This document shows positions 1 to 10,063 of a DNA stretch of 64,000 nucleotides, one piece after another; the stretch's first letter is position 1; the number at the start of each line of letters is the position of its first letter. This DNA comes from an uncultured Planctomycetota bacterium. Lineage in GTDB: Bacteria; Planctomycetota; Planctomycetia; Isosphaerales; Isosphaeraceae. The DNA lies in assembly GCA_963845755.1 (NCBI GenBank), contig CAWJTV010000033.1, forward strand, positions 64,001-128,000. The letters are read 5' to 3'. Both the position numbers and the translations under genes were made by a program. The notes under the pieces were generated by a model. It saw nothing but the letters and a program-made list of their open reading frames with translations, did not search any database and had not been told where the DNA came from.

Positions 1-1176
1 TCGGGCAGCAATCCCTGACCGGGCCGGTATCGGAAAGCGGCGGAGGTGTTGGGGTTGGCGGCCGCGGCCGGCATCCGCGCGCCTTCGCCACGACCGGGCT
101 TCATGCCGGAAACGACGGCGTCCAGTGACGATCCCGCGGGACGACTGCGGTCGGAACCGAAGACCTCGACCGGCTCGGAGCCCGGTGAATTACCGGCCCT
201 GGTGCCGGCATTCAAGTATTGCGGTGGACGCAGGCCATTAACCCAGGTCGCGAGGATCCGGTAGGCCCGGTCATTCGAACCCGTGAAGATCGGCTGTTTC
301 TTCGACCCGAGGCCGTGAGCTCGGAGCGTGCTGGAGAGCAACTCGCTCTTGGCCGGATTCTCCGGGTCCACCAGCCGAAGAGTGGCGTCGAGGTTCGCCC
401 GGAGCGCGTTCGGGCGACTGCTGACGAGGCGTGGTGATCGGCACGAGCTGGAACATTCCTTCGTATCCTGCGTTATGGCACTTGGCACACTTGAGTTGGA
501 GCACGGGCTGGATATAACGTGCGAACTCCACGGCGCGTTGGATCGCCAGGGGTTTGGGGAGATTGAAGATCACTGGCATTCCGGTAAGCCCCATTCCGCG
601 CTCTGCGCCCCGCAAGACGGCCGAATCCAGCGCACGCGGATTGTCCTCGGCGACCTCCTCGGCAGCCGTCTGGCGTACCTCCGGATCGAACTCGGTCGCC
701 GGCCGCTTCTCCGAATACTCCAGGTTGGCCAGCATGGCCTGGGCCGGCCCATGGTCCGGGCTGATTGCGAGCACCTTCACGAGCTGTTCCTTGGCCTCTG
801 CTGTCAGGTGGATATTCAAGCACCATCGGGCCAGCTTCACGCGCTCCGCGGGATCATCCTCGGGCAGCCGCTCCTCCTTGTGGCGATAGGCGTCGCGGAT
901 CGATCCGTACGACCCTTCCACCAGCTTCTTGGGGAATCTCATGATTCCCAGCCTCTGCTTCACCACGTACAAGGAGCCCTCTCGCGAGATGACTCCCTGG
1001 ATCATGCGACCATCGGTCAGGAGCAGGAATTCCTCCCGACGAACCGGTGCCCGGCCGGTCGCGGGCGGGTCTCCAGGGGCTGGCTCTTCCGTCACCGCCC
1101 CGACGCCCATCACCAGTGCCAAGGATGCCGCAACCGACAGTCCGGTGGCCACGAATCGTCTTTTGCTGATCGACAT
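1..1176 (-). CDS. Secreted planctomycete protein with a CxxCH heme-c motif; one probable indel at ~412; runs off the window start
   Basis: N-terminal signal-like MSISKRRFVATGLSVAASLALV and LKCAKCH motif. A frame change at ~412 continues as PNALRANLDATLRLVDPENPAKSELL...AYRILATWV. Confidence 0.7.
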
Positions 1177-1449
1177 GTGCCCTGGTTCCCTCACAGGCGC
1201 GAACGCAATAGGGACCGGCTCCGAGTCTTCGAAGGACCTGTCCTCAGCGTCGTGAACGCCTCAATGCCGCCGCCGGGAGATAGGACCGACCCGACGGTCG
1301 TGGGAAAGGAATTGACCGATTCCGTTGGAAACGGTGGCGGCACGGTAGACCAGGCCCTAGAATTCGTCAAGGCAGCTTCGAGCCGACCGGACGTCGGCGC
1401 GTTGGCGGTTGATCCCCGATTCGATTCCCCGTTGCTTCAGGGCCACTTC

Positions 1450-1737
1450 ATGATATCGCGGGAGACTTCACCCCTGCTGGAATCGTTGCTCGGTCAGGTC
1501 GTCGTGGTCGACCTCAAGTCGAGTTACGTCTGCCTCGGCACGCTGATCGCTCGTGATGAGCACTATTTCGAGCTGCGCGACGCCGACCTGCATGATTTCC
1601 GTGACAGCACCGCCACTCGCGAAGTCTACGTCTATGACTCGGCACGTCTCGGTATCCGACGGAACCGCGAACGCGTGCTGATCCGCCAGGACGATGTGGT
1701 CGCGATCACGCGATTCGAGGACATCTCGGAATCATGA
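1450..1737 (+). CDS. Small Sm/LSm-fold protein (95 aa)
   Basis: ATG at 1450. Sm1-like LLGQVVVVDLKSSYVCLGTLIARDEHYFELRDA and Sm2-like RVLIRQDDVVAI. Confidence 0.7.
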   Translation: MISRETSPLLESLLGQVVVVDLKSSYVCLGTLIARDEHYFELRDADLHDFRDSTATREVYVYDSARLGIRRNRERVLIRQDDVVAITRFEDISES

Positions 1738-1948
1738 CAATCAAGCTGATAGTCAAGATGCCTCGGGTCGTCCATGATGGCATCGTGACTGAGAAAACAC
1801 CCTGAAGAACGAACACTCCTGGAGAGGCCAAGATCCGAACTCGCGGCGTCTGGCTCCCAAGAGGGGCGAGCCGAGGGCGAATCAACCGACCGCCTCACCG
1901 AAACACATGGCTGATTGAGACTTCCACCTTCAAGAGGACAACCCTATC

Positions 1949-3052
1949 ATGACACCTTTTCGATGGTTGCTTGCAATACCGCTAGCGTTTGTCGTTGGGC
2001 TGAACGGGGCATCGGCCCGGGCCTCGGACATTCGCGATCAAGCGGCGATGTTCAGTCCCAAAGCGGTGCAGGAGGCGCGAACTCGGCTCGACCGCCTGGA
2101 ACAATCGACCGGCGTTCCCGTTGTCATCGAGACCATCAAGGCGATCCCCAGCCTGACCAAGGAATCCAGTCGGGAGGAGAGGGAACGTGCGATCAACCAG
2201 CTCGCGAAGCGACGAGATCAGCAGATCCACGATGAGGGAATTTACATCCTGATTTCTCGGCGCGAACATGTCATTTCCGAGACGCTGATCCGCGAGCGGC
2301 TGGCGCGGGTGCTTCCGATCGAGAAGCGAGATGCCATCCGCGATGCGTTCATCGCGGGGTTTGCCAAGGGGGCCAAGACCCAGAACTTCGATGAAGGCTT
2401 GGTAGAAGGTGCCCAGGCGATCGAGGAGGCGTTGCGAGGGGTCAAGTCCGCGCATGCCCACGCACCGCCGGCCGCCGCGCGCGGGCCCGCAGCCCGGCGT
2501 GCGGGCGGCGGCTCATCGACCCTTGGTACCTTCCTCCTCATCGGACTCGGGATCCTCGCGGTCCTGATTGTCCTCCGGGTTCTGGGAGGTCTTTTCGGGC
2601 GCTCGCAGGGCGCCGGCTACCCCAACCAGATGGGCGGGATGGGGATGCCGCGTCCGGGGATGGGCCCCGGTGGCGGTCCAGGCTACGGCGGTGGACCGGG
2701 TTACGGCGGTCGGGGTGGCGGATTCTTCTCCGGGCTCCTGGGTGGGCTGGGTGGCGCCATCGCGGGCAACTGGCTGTATGACCAGATGTCGGGAAGGCAC
2801 GGTCAAATGACATCTGCCGGAACCGCCTATCCGCCAGATGACCCCGCGGCCGGCGTCACCGATCAGGGGGATGAGATCGTCGGCGCCGAGGACAACGGCG
2901 GTCGCGGTGCCTCGTGGGACGATGGCAGCGGCAGCGACACCGGCGCAGGCGACTGGGGCGGTGGCGATAATGGCGGTGATTGGGGCGGCGGCGGTGGAGA
3001 CTGGGGTGGCGGCGATGGCGGAGGAGACTGGGGCGGTGGAGGAGACTGGTAA
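1949..3052 (+). CDS. TPM-domain membrane protein with Gly-rich tail
   Basis: Signal peptide, IRDQAAMFS...LEQSTGVPVVIET TPM-like domain, one TM helix, Gly-rich C-terminus. Confidence 0.75.
   Translation: MTPFRWLLAIPLAFVVGLNGASARASDIRDQAAMFSPKAVQEARTRLDRLEQSTGVPVVIETIKAIPSLTKESSREERERAINQLAKRRDQQIHDEGIYILISRREHVISETLIRERLARVLPIEKRDAIRDAFIAGFAKGAKTQNFDEGLVEGAQAIEEALRGVKSAHAHAPPAAARGPAARRAGGGSSTLGTFLLIGLGILAVLIVLRVLGGLFGRSQGAGYPNQMGGMGMPRPGMGPGGGPGYGGGPGYGGRGGGFFSGLLGGLGGAIAGNWLYDQMSGRHGQMTSAGTAYPPDDPAAGVTDQGDEIVGAEDNGGRGASWDDGSGSDTGAGDWGGGDNGGDWGGGGGDWGGGDGGGDWGGGGDW
2948..3049 (+). repeat. In-frame GDW(GGG) peptide repeats (5 GDW units) at the TPM protein C-terminus
   Basis: GDWGGGDNGGDWGGGGGDWGGGDGGGDWGGGGDW in the translation. 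Confidence 0.85.
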
Positions 3053-3142
3053 TCCTTCCACGCGAAGTCGCCATCCGTACAAGGTGCTCGAGTCCTCGGG
3101 TGTTTGACCTGGGGACTCAAGGACTTGAGGACTTGATGCCCC

Positions 3143-4234
3143 ATGAGAGTCACTGATCGACGCGAGCGGTTGCGCCGCAATTTCGCGTCCACCGACGCCG
3201 ATGCCTTCCTGGTGAGCGCGCCGACGAACGTTCGCTACCTGACGGGTTTCACGGGCGATTCGTCGGTCCTCCTGGTCAGTCTCGAACGGGACATCCTCGT
3301 TTCTGATGGTCGTTTCACGACGCAGCTCGCCCAGGAATGTCCGGGCCTGGAGACGTATATCAGGCCCTCGAACCAGGAGTTGACCGGGGCGATCGCTCAT
3401 GTTGCCGGCAGGATGGGTGTACGTCGCCTCGCCTTCGAGGCGACAAGCTGTACGGTAGCCGAGTACGAGTCAATCCGCAACGCGGTTCCCAGCATGGCGA
3501 TCACCGGCGTGCGAGGGTGGGTCGAGGCACTCCGGCGGGTCAAGGACGACGAAGAGATCGCGGCGATCCGGTCGGCCGTTCGCTGTGCCGAGCGCGCTTT
3601 CGCCATGCTGCGCGCGGGCCTACGCACGGGCGACTGCGAGAAGGACGTCGCCGACGCCCTCGAAGGTTACTTGCGGCGTTGCGGTGCCACGGCATCGAGC
3701 TTTCCGGTGATCGTCGCCGTCGGCGCACGGGCCGCGTTGCCTCACGCGCGGCCGACCTCCACGGCCCGCATCGGAGACGACGATTTCGTCCTCATCGACT
3801 GGGGAGCCTCCGGAGAGCCGTATAAAAGTGACTTGACGCGGGTCCTCGTCACGGGTAAGGTCACTCCGACTTTCGAGACGATTTATCGGACCGTCCTGGC
3901 AGCCCAAGAGCGCGCCATTTCCGCGATCCGGCCGGGTGCGAAGGCCCAAGAGATCGATGCCCAAGCCCGCTCCGTGATCGAGGAAGCGGGTTTCGGTGCT
4001 TTTTTTGACCACGGGCTCGGCCACGGGTTGGGTATGGACATCCACGAGGCCCCGCGTCTGCGCAGGGGATCTCAGGATCTCCTGGAGCCCGGCAATGTGG
4101 TGACTGTCGAACCCGGCATCTATCAGCCCGACTGGGGCGGCATCCGGATCGAGGACGATGTGCTGGTGACCCCCGACGGTTGCGAGGTTCTCTCACACAT
4201 CTCCAAATCGCTCGAATCCGTTCGGATCCTATAG
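3143..4234 (+). CDS. Xaa-Pro aminopeptidase/dipeptidase (M24B family)
   Basis: Creatinase-N domain NVRYLTGFTG and metal-binding motifs IDWG, SDLTR, HGLGHGLG, IHE, TVEPGIY, GIRIEDD. Confidence 0.93.
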   Translation: MRVTDRRERLRRNFASTDADAFLVSAPTNVRYLTGFTGDSSVLLVSLERDILVSDGRFTTQLAQECPGLETYIRPSNQELTGAIAHVAGRMGVRRLAFEATSCTVAEYESIRNAVPSMAITGVRGWVEALRRVKDDEEIAAIRSAVRCAERAFAMLRAGLRTGDCEKDVADALEGYLRRCGATASSFPVIVAVGARAALPHARPTSTARIGDDDFVLIDWGASGEPYKSDLTRVLVTGKVTPTFETIYRTVLAAQERAISAIRPGAKAQEIDAQARSVIEEAGFGAFFDHGLGHGLGMDIHEAPRLRRGSQDLLEPGNVVTVEPGIYQPDWGGIRIEDDVLVTPDGCEVLSHISKSLESVRIL

Positions 4235-4471
4235 ACCCACCGCTGTCGCAATCTCACCGGGGTGGTCCTTGCCCCAGGCTGAAGGAATCTGAAAGAATCG
4301 TGTGAACAATACCGGATTCCGAGCCCAAGAGACGTGAGGCCCGATGCGGACGGGGCCTTGGATCCGTTTCTTCTTTTGAATCTGTGACTTTGAATCGATT
4401 CGTTCGCACTTTTCGAGTCCCTCCTATGCGAGGCGAAGTCTGGCGCTTGCTTGCCCACGCGGAGTCAACGA

Positions 4472-4978
4472 ATGGCCGAAAACGCTTCGGGGCCGGCGGA
4501 TCCCTTCGACGTGAAGCGGATTCATTACCTGGTCCGTCTCATGAAGCACTATGATCTGGCGGTGCTGGACTTGACGGACGGGCCGGCGCAGATCCGCCTG
4601 AGACGCCGCGGCCCGGAAACGGCTTCCCCTCCACCGGCTTTGCCGCCGCTCCAGGCTCCCGGCCAGGCCATCGCGCCGCAGGCGGCGCCCGCACCGCGGA
4701 GTGAGCCGGCGCCGGCGGCTGAGCCGGCGGCCTCCAAGACGATCGTGATCGAGAGTCCCATGGTCGGGACCTACTATACCTCCAGCGCCCCCGATGCCCC
4801 ACCGTTCGTCACGGTCGGCTCCGTGGTCCATCCGAAATCGATCGTGGGTATCATCGAGGCGATGAAAGTCTTTACCGAGATCCCGGCCGAAGTCTCGGGG
4901 ACGATCGTCGAAGTCCTGGCCAAGAACGGCCAGCCCGTCGAGTTCGGCCAGCCGCTGTTCCGCGTGATTCCCGCCTGA
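4472..4978 (+). CDS. accB: Acetyl-CoA carboxylase biotin carboxyl carrier protein
   Basis: [12 protein letters not shown] biotinylation motif, [11 protein letters not shown] and a Pro/Ala linker. Confidence 0.95.
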   Translation: MAENASGPADPFDVKRIHYLVRLMKHYDLAVLDLTDGPAQIRLRRRGPETASPPPALPPLQAPGQAIAPQAAPAPRSEPAPAAEPAASKTIVIESPMVGTYYTSSAPDAPPFVTVGSVVHPKSIVGIIEAMKVFTEIPAEVSGTIVEVLAKNGQPVEFGQPLFRVIPA

Positions 4979-5099
4979 TTCGGGCCCGATGGCCCAAAGT
5001 CGATGGCGGACGACGTCGGATTGCGGTGACAACCGCCCCTTCCCCCGTGGAATCGGCGGCTCCAGCCGGGCACCGGCGATTGTGAGGTCCTTTTCGACG

Positions 5100-6467
5100 A
5101 TGTTTCAACGAATCCTGGTCGCCAACCGCGGAGAGATCGCGCTACGCGTCATCCGCGCCTGCAAGGAGCTCGATATCCAGGTCGTGGTGGTCTATTCTCA
5201 GGCCGATCGGGCCGCGCCTTACCTGAGTTTGGCCGACCGCGCGATCTGTATCGGCCGGGGCCCCAGCGTTAACAGCTATCTGAACCAGCCCCGCATCATC
5301 GCCGCCGCCGAGGTGGCGGACGTCCAGGCCATCCACCCCGGCTACGGCTTCCTCAGCGAGAATCCCGACTTCGCGGAGTCCTGCCGCACCAGCGGTTTCG
5401 AATTCATCGGGCCGCCGCACGAGGCGATCCGCAAGATGGGGCTGAAGACCGAAGCCAAGGAGATCGCCTCCAAGGCCGAAGTGGCCTGCGTCCCCGGCTC
5501 CGACGGTATCGTGACCAACGATTCCCAGGCGATGCGGCTGGCCCGGGCCATCGGGTTCCCCGTGCTCATCAAGGCCGCGGCCGGCGGCGGCGGCAAGGGG
5601 ATGCGAGTCTGCCGTGATGAGGCCAATCTGGTCGGCGCCCTCCAGACGGCCCGCAACGAGGCCGAAGCCGCCTTCAAGAACCCCAGTGTTTACCTCGAGA
5701 AATACATCGATCGGCCCCGACACGTCGAAATCCAGATCCTCGCTGACTCTCACGGCAATATCGTGCACTGCTGGGACCGCGATTGCACGCTGCAACGACG
5801 TCATCAGAAACTCGTCGAGGAATCCCCTGCGCCGACGTTGCCAATAGAGGTTCGTGACCGACTGGGGGGTGCTGCGGTTCGTCTGGCGCGGGCGGCCGGA
5901 TACGTCAACGCGGGGACATGCGAGTTTCTCGTCGATTCCACCAACAACTTCTACTTCATCGAAGTCAATGCTCGGATCCAGGTCGAGCACCCGGTAACGG
6001 AGATGGTGACGGGTATCGACCTGGTGAGGCAGCAGATCCGGATCGCCGAAGGAGATCCGCTTCCGTTTGCGCAGCAGGACATCGCGATCCGTGGGCATTC
6101 GATCCAGTGCCGGATCAACTCCGAGGATCCGGACCACGACTTCCGTCCCTCGCCGGGCCGGATCACCGGGCTTCGAATACCCGGAGGGCCCGGAGTCCGC
6201 TGGGACTCTCACATCCAGGTGGGCTACTCCGTCCCGCCTTACTACGATTCGCTGCTGGGTAAGTTGATCGTCCATGCCCCGACCCGGCTCGAGGCCCTGG
6301 CCAAGATGCGACGCGCCCTGGACGAGCTGGTGATCGAGGGAGTCCAGACAACCATCCCGCTGCACAAACGGGTCTTCCGCCACCCGGACTTCATCTCAAG
6401 TAACGTCGACACGACCTGGGTCGAACGCGTCCTGATCCCGCCGCGATCGGCGGCAAAGCCGTCGTGA
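5100..6467 (+). CDS. accC: Acetyl-CoA carboxylase biotin carboxylase subunit
   Basis: [52 protein letters not shown]; follows accB. Confidence 0.96.
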   Translation: MFQRILVANRGEIALRVIRACKELDIQVVVVYSQADRAAPYLSLADRAICIGRGPSVNSYLNQPRIIAAAEVADVQAIHPGYGFLSENPDFAESCRTSGFEFIGPPHEAIRKMGLKTEAKEIASKAEVACVPGSDGIVTNDSQAMRLARAIGFPVLIKAAAGGGGKGMRVCRDEANLVGALQTARNEAEAAFKNPSVYLEKYIDRPRHVEIQILADSHGNIVHCWDRDCTLQRRHQKLVEESPAPTLPIEVRDRLGGAAVRLARAAGYVNAGTCEFLVDSTNNFYFIEVNARIQVEHPVTEMVTGIDLVRQQIRIAEGDPLPFAQQDIAIRGHSIQCRINSEDPDHDFRPSPGRITGLRIPGGPGVRWDSHIQVGYSVPPYYDSLLGKLIVHAPTRLEALAKMRRALDELVIEGVQTTIPLHKRVFRHPDFISSNVDTTWVERVLIPPRSAAKPS

Positions 6468-6560
6468 GTTGGAATTTGGGATCTGGGATTCTCGCTGCCG
6501 GATGGGGCAAGGGTCCGGTATCTCCATCCAAAATCCACCATCGAGAATCCAAAACCGTGG
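6468..6560. repeat. Intergenic heptamer-based imperfect inverted repeat (GGAATTT/GGGATCT/GGGATTC ... ATCCAAA/ATCCACC/ATCGAGA/ATCCAAA)
   Basis: 7-nt periodic units on both arms, directly after the accC stop. Confidence 0.55.
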
Positions 6561-6702
6561 TGGCCGGCCCTGGCGTTCCATGGTAGGCTCGAATCCGAGT
6601 GGGACCGCGTTGTCGGAGCCATCGGAGTCGCGGTGATGTACGAGGACACCGTCCGGCCGCTCCATGGTTCGTCTCCGGCCTCCGCTCGGAGGACCTGACG
6701 CG

Positions 6703-7733
6703 ATGAAAGTCGGCTTGCTCACCGGCGGCGGCGATTGCCCGGGATTGAACGCCGTCATCCGCGCGGTCGTACAACAGCTCGCCAATGAAGGGGCGACATG
6801 CGTCGGCATCATGGAGGGCTGCGCGGCCTGGTCCAGAACATGACGACTCCTCTCTCGACGGCCCAGACCGACGGCATCATCGCGCAAGGTGGGAGCATCC
6901 TCGGCGCCTCACGAACCAATCCATACCGCAATCCCGAGACCGATCTGGCCGCACTCCGCGAGAACTTCCAGCGCCTGGCGCTGGATGCCCTGGTCGTGAT
7001 CGGCGGTGATGACACGCTGGGCGTTGCGCTGCGGTTGCACAATGATTTCGGGTTTCCCGTCGTCGGTGTGCCCAAGACGATCGATAACGACCTGATGGTG
7101 ACCGATTTCTCGTTCGGGTTCGACACGGCGGTCAACATCGTCACGGAGGCGGTGGACCGGCTCCGGACGACCACCGAGAGTCATCGACGGATCGTCGTCG
7201 TCGAGACCATGGGCCGCCATTCGGGATGGATCGCCTGCTACTCGGGGATCGCCGTCGGCGCCGATTACATCCTGGTTCCCGAGGTGCCGATCGACTTGCC
7301 GCACCTGATCGCAGTCCTCTCTCGACGGCGTGCGGCCGGGAAGAAATACGGGATCGTGATCGTTGCCGAGGGAGCCCGCTTCCCCGATCGCGGCCCGTAC
7401 ACGCTGGATGATTCGCCCGATCCGTTCGGCAATCCCAGGCTGGGAGGCATCGGCGCGGTGATCGCCGATTCCATCGAGAAACAGACCCGGCTCGAGACCC
7501 GTTGCGTGGTTCTGGGACACCTCCAGCGCGGCGGTCCGCCGAGCGCCTACGACCGGATCCTGGCCACCCGGTTGGGACTGGCCGCCAGCCGGCTGGTCCT
7601 CCAGCATCGCTACGGCACCCTCGTGACCCTGATGAAGGGCCGAATCGTTGAGGCCGCCCTGAGTGAGTCCATCGCCGCCACGAAAACGCTCGACCTGGAC
7701 TATTACGGCGAAGCCGCGACATTCTTCCGTTGA
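6703..7733 (+). CDS. pfkA: 6-phosphofructokinase, probably PPi-dependent; probable indel at ~6820
   Basis: [23 protein letters not shown] from ATG 6703 (RBS GGAGG). A frame change at EG(W)RG leads into [34 protein letters not shown]. Confidence 0.9.
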
Positions 7734-7818
7734 GGGGCGAAGATCATCTCGCCAAACCGAGAAGTCGCCGCTGTTGCTCATCGCGGCGTTACCTGGAGCA
7801 CGACCTCGTTGGACGACC

Positions 7819-8274
7819 TCATCGCGGGCCGCGGAACTTCCCGGAAAGCGTCTTGCCTCCGACCTGCACGGTCACTTCACCACCCGTCTGGTTCAGCTCG
7901 AAAGGGCCGGGTTTCGAAACGTAGCGAGAACTCCCGAGCGGATCGGCCGAATCCGGCGCCCCCTTGAGGGCGACCACTTGATCTCCGGTGGCCGTCCCGA
8001 TTTTCACCTCCACGGATGTCGGCGTCTCGGATGAGGGGGTTTTCTGGTCGGGTTGGAGCAAATACGCCACGAGCGTCGTTTCGAACGTCTTGCCTTTTTT
8101 CAGGCGGTCTCCGTTCACGAGTTCCACATAGGCTTGATTGTCCGTGAGCGGGATCAGAATTCCGCCGTGATGCTCGCTGGTTGCAGGAACGGGCGATTCC
8201 ACGACCACGGATTGGCCGCAGCCGATGAGAGTCCCCCCGGTGATGACGGAGATCGCAAGCAAAATCGTGCGCAT
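7819..8274 (-). CDS. Hypothetical lipoprotein downstream of a DUF1559 gene
   Basis: MRTILLAISVITGGTLIGC lipobox followed by EHHGG...YVELV. Confidence 0.7.
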   Translation of the reverse strand: MRTILLAISVITGGTLIGCGQSVVVESPVPATSEHHGGILIPLTDNQAYVELVNGDRLKKGKTFETTLVAYLLQPDQKTPSSETPTSVEVKIGTATGDQVVALKGAPDSADPLGSSRYVSKPGPFELNQTGGEVTVQVGGKTLSGKFRGPR

Positions 8275-8490
8275 CGACGATTCGCCCGGAAAAGAGGTAT
8301 GGGGCCGATCGGAAGGGGTCGGCCCCCGAAGAACGAGGGTGTGTGGGAAGACACGACGGGTCGGCTCAGTAGGGTGGATCGAACCTCGATTGATCGAGGC
8401 GAGGCGCACCGGATTCGCCGGGGAACTCGGTGGGCCTCACGCCGCGTTACGGCCTTCGACCCACCTCGCGAGGGCTTCTCGCTCACCCTT

Positions 8491-9600
8491 TCAGTACGAG
8501 TCGGAACTGATCACCTCGCCGCCATTGCGGGTGGAGAGGGCTTGATACACCCCAAATCGATAGGGGTTAGTCGTATTGGCTCCCCAGATGATGGTACTGG
8601 CGTTGTAGGTCGTGCCGTCGGGGATGGCATCGCCATAGGAATCCGCCGCCGCCGTCATGAACGTCCAGGACTGGATCGTGTTCTTGATGAAGCGGACAGA
8701 GCCGTCCACGAAGGCGAAATTCAGGCCGCCCGGGTGGTAGCTCGTCGCGTCGGTCGCATAATAGTAAGAGTACGACGGAGTCCCATTGAGCGTCAGCCCG
8801 GGTGCATTCGCCGTGGGAAGGTTTGGCGGATAAGTCGTCGTGAACATCGTGTCGAAGTAGAGGCCGCTGCTCCAGACCGTGTCGCAATTCTGATAGTTCT
8901 TATCGTAGGTTGCGAAGTAGCCGTGAGCCTTTTCCCCGTAGATGAACGTATTGCTGGTCCCGTCGGTTATGCTCGCGATCGTGACAGCCTGATCGATGAT
9001 GATCGAGCCATTCTGTTGCGACTGGACCTGGGTGCCTCCCCTGGCGCCGATGTAGTAGTTCGACCAGAATGTCCCCTGGCTTCCCGAGTACGAGCTGAAG
9101 TAGGCAAACTGGCCGATCCCCGAGGGGGTGAGTCCATCCCAGTTGGAGGGCGGGTACCCGTTGCCCGAGCTGATGACCTGGGGTTGGTTGTTGATGTCGC
9201 TGGGGCAGACGAGGATCGACAGTTGAACGCCGGCGACCGTCCGATTCTCGACATTCCCGTACGTCATATTAAAGTTGACGGCGTTGTACATCGGTGCTTG
9301 CTCCGTGAACGGGAGCAGCCGGACGAAGCTGCTGAAGTTGTCGCGGTAGAAAGGCTGTGACTTGGTATAGTCGAGCGAGGAGCAGGCTGCGGGCGGAAGG
9401 CCGTTGTTGGTCGACTCGTAGTTGTTGGCGGCGAGGGCGATCTGCTTGAGGTTGTTGGTGCACTGAGCGCGGCGGGCTGCCTCGCGTGCGGCCTGGACGG
9501 CGGGCAACAACAGGGCGATCAAGACGGCGATGATCGCGATGACGACGAGTAACTCGATCAGGGTAAAGCCGGAGCGGCGTCGCAATTGCTGACTCGGCAT
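8491..9600 (-). CDS. DUF1559 prepilin-type N-terminal cleavage/methylation domain protein
   Basis: [65 protein letters not shown] (H-X9-DG), ends GEVISSDSY. Confidence 0.95.
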   Translation of the reverse strand: MPSQQLRRRSGFTLIELLVVIAIIAVLIALLLPAVQAAREAARRAQCTNNLKQIALAANNYESTNNGLPPAACSSLDYTKSQPFYRDNFSSFVRLLPFTEQAPMYNAVNFNMTYGNVENRTVAGVQLSILVCPSDINNQPQVISSGNGYPPSNWDGLTPSGIGQFAYFSSYSGSQGTFWSNYYIGARGGTQVQSQQNGSIIIDQAVTIASITDGTSNTFIYGEKAHGYFATYDKNYQNCDTVWSSGLYFDTMFTTTYPPNLPTANAPGLTLNGTPSYSYYYATDATSYHPGGLNFAFVDGSVRFIKNTIQSWTFMTAAADSYGDAIPDGTTYNASTIIWGANTTNPYRFGVYQALSTRNGGEVISSDSY

Positions 9601-10063
9601 GGATGAACTCCTGGATTGATGGACGCGGAGGTCGCGGTTCGGGAGAGGCGGTATCACCAGTCCTTCGGCTTCTGGGTTCGGCGCGGCTCCCTCGCCGTCG
9701 CAACCTTCCGAAGAGGCCGGAGCCACATTGTACGGTTCGATCGAGTAGGATCTGAGAAGGGATGATGAAATCGCGTTGACGGGCGGCAGCAGGATCGGCG
9801 AGGGCGAGCGGGTGTCGAGCGGTCCGCCTCGCGAAGTCGTTGCGAAGCACCAGGGTCTTGCAAACCGCGGTGGGCTGTGCCATATTCCACCTTCCAACCC
9901 CAAGCCCGGACTGCGTCCGCGACGAGAAGTCATCGCAAGAGCCCTCGTTGGGATCGCGCCGGGAACGACCCAACCGGGTCGCCGATCGTGAGCCAGACTC
10001 CAGAACCCAGGGTGGTCCATCGGCGGGGAATTCGACCACGACCCGAGACGAGAGACGACAACC

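Noticed and set aside
328..1737. 469-aa plus-strand ORF
   Set aside because: Mostly the antisense shadow of the minus-strand gene; only the last 95 codons (from ATG 1450) look like a real protein.
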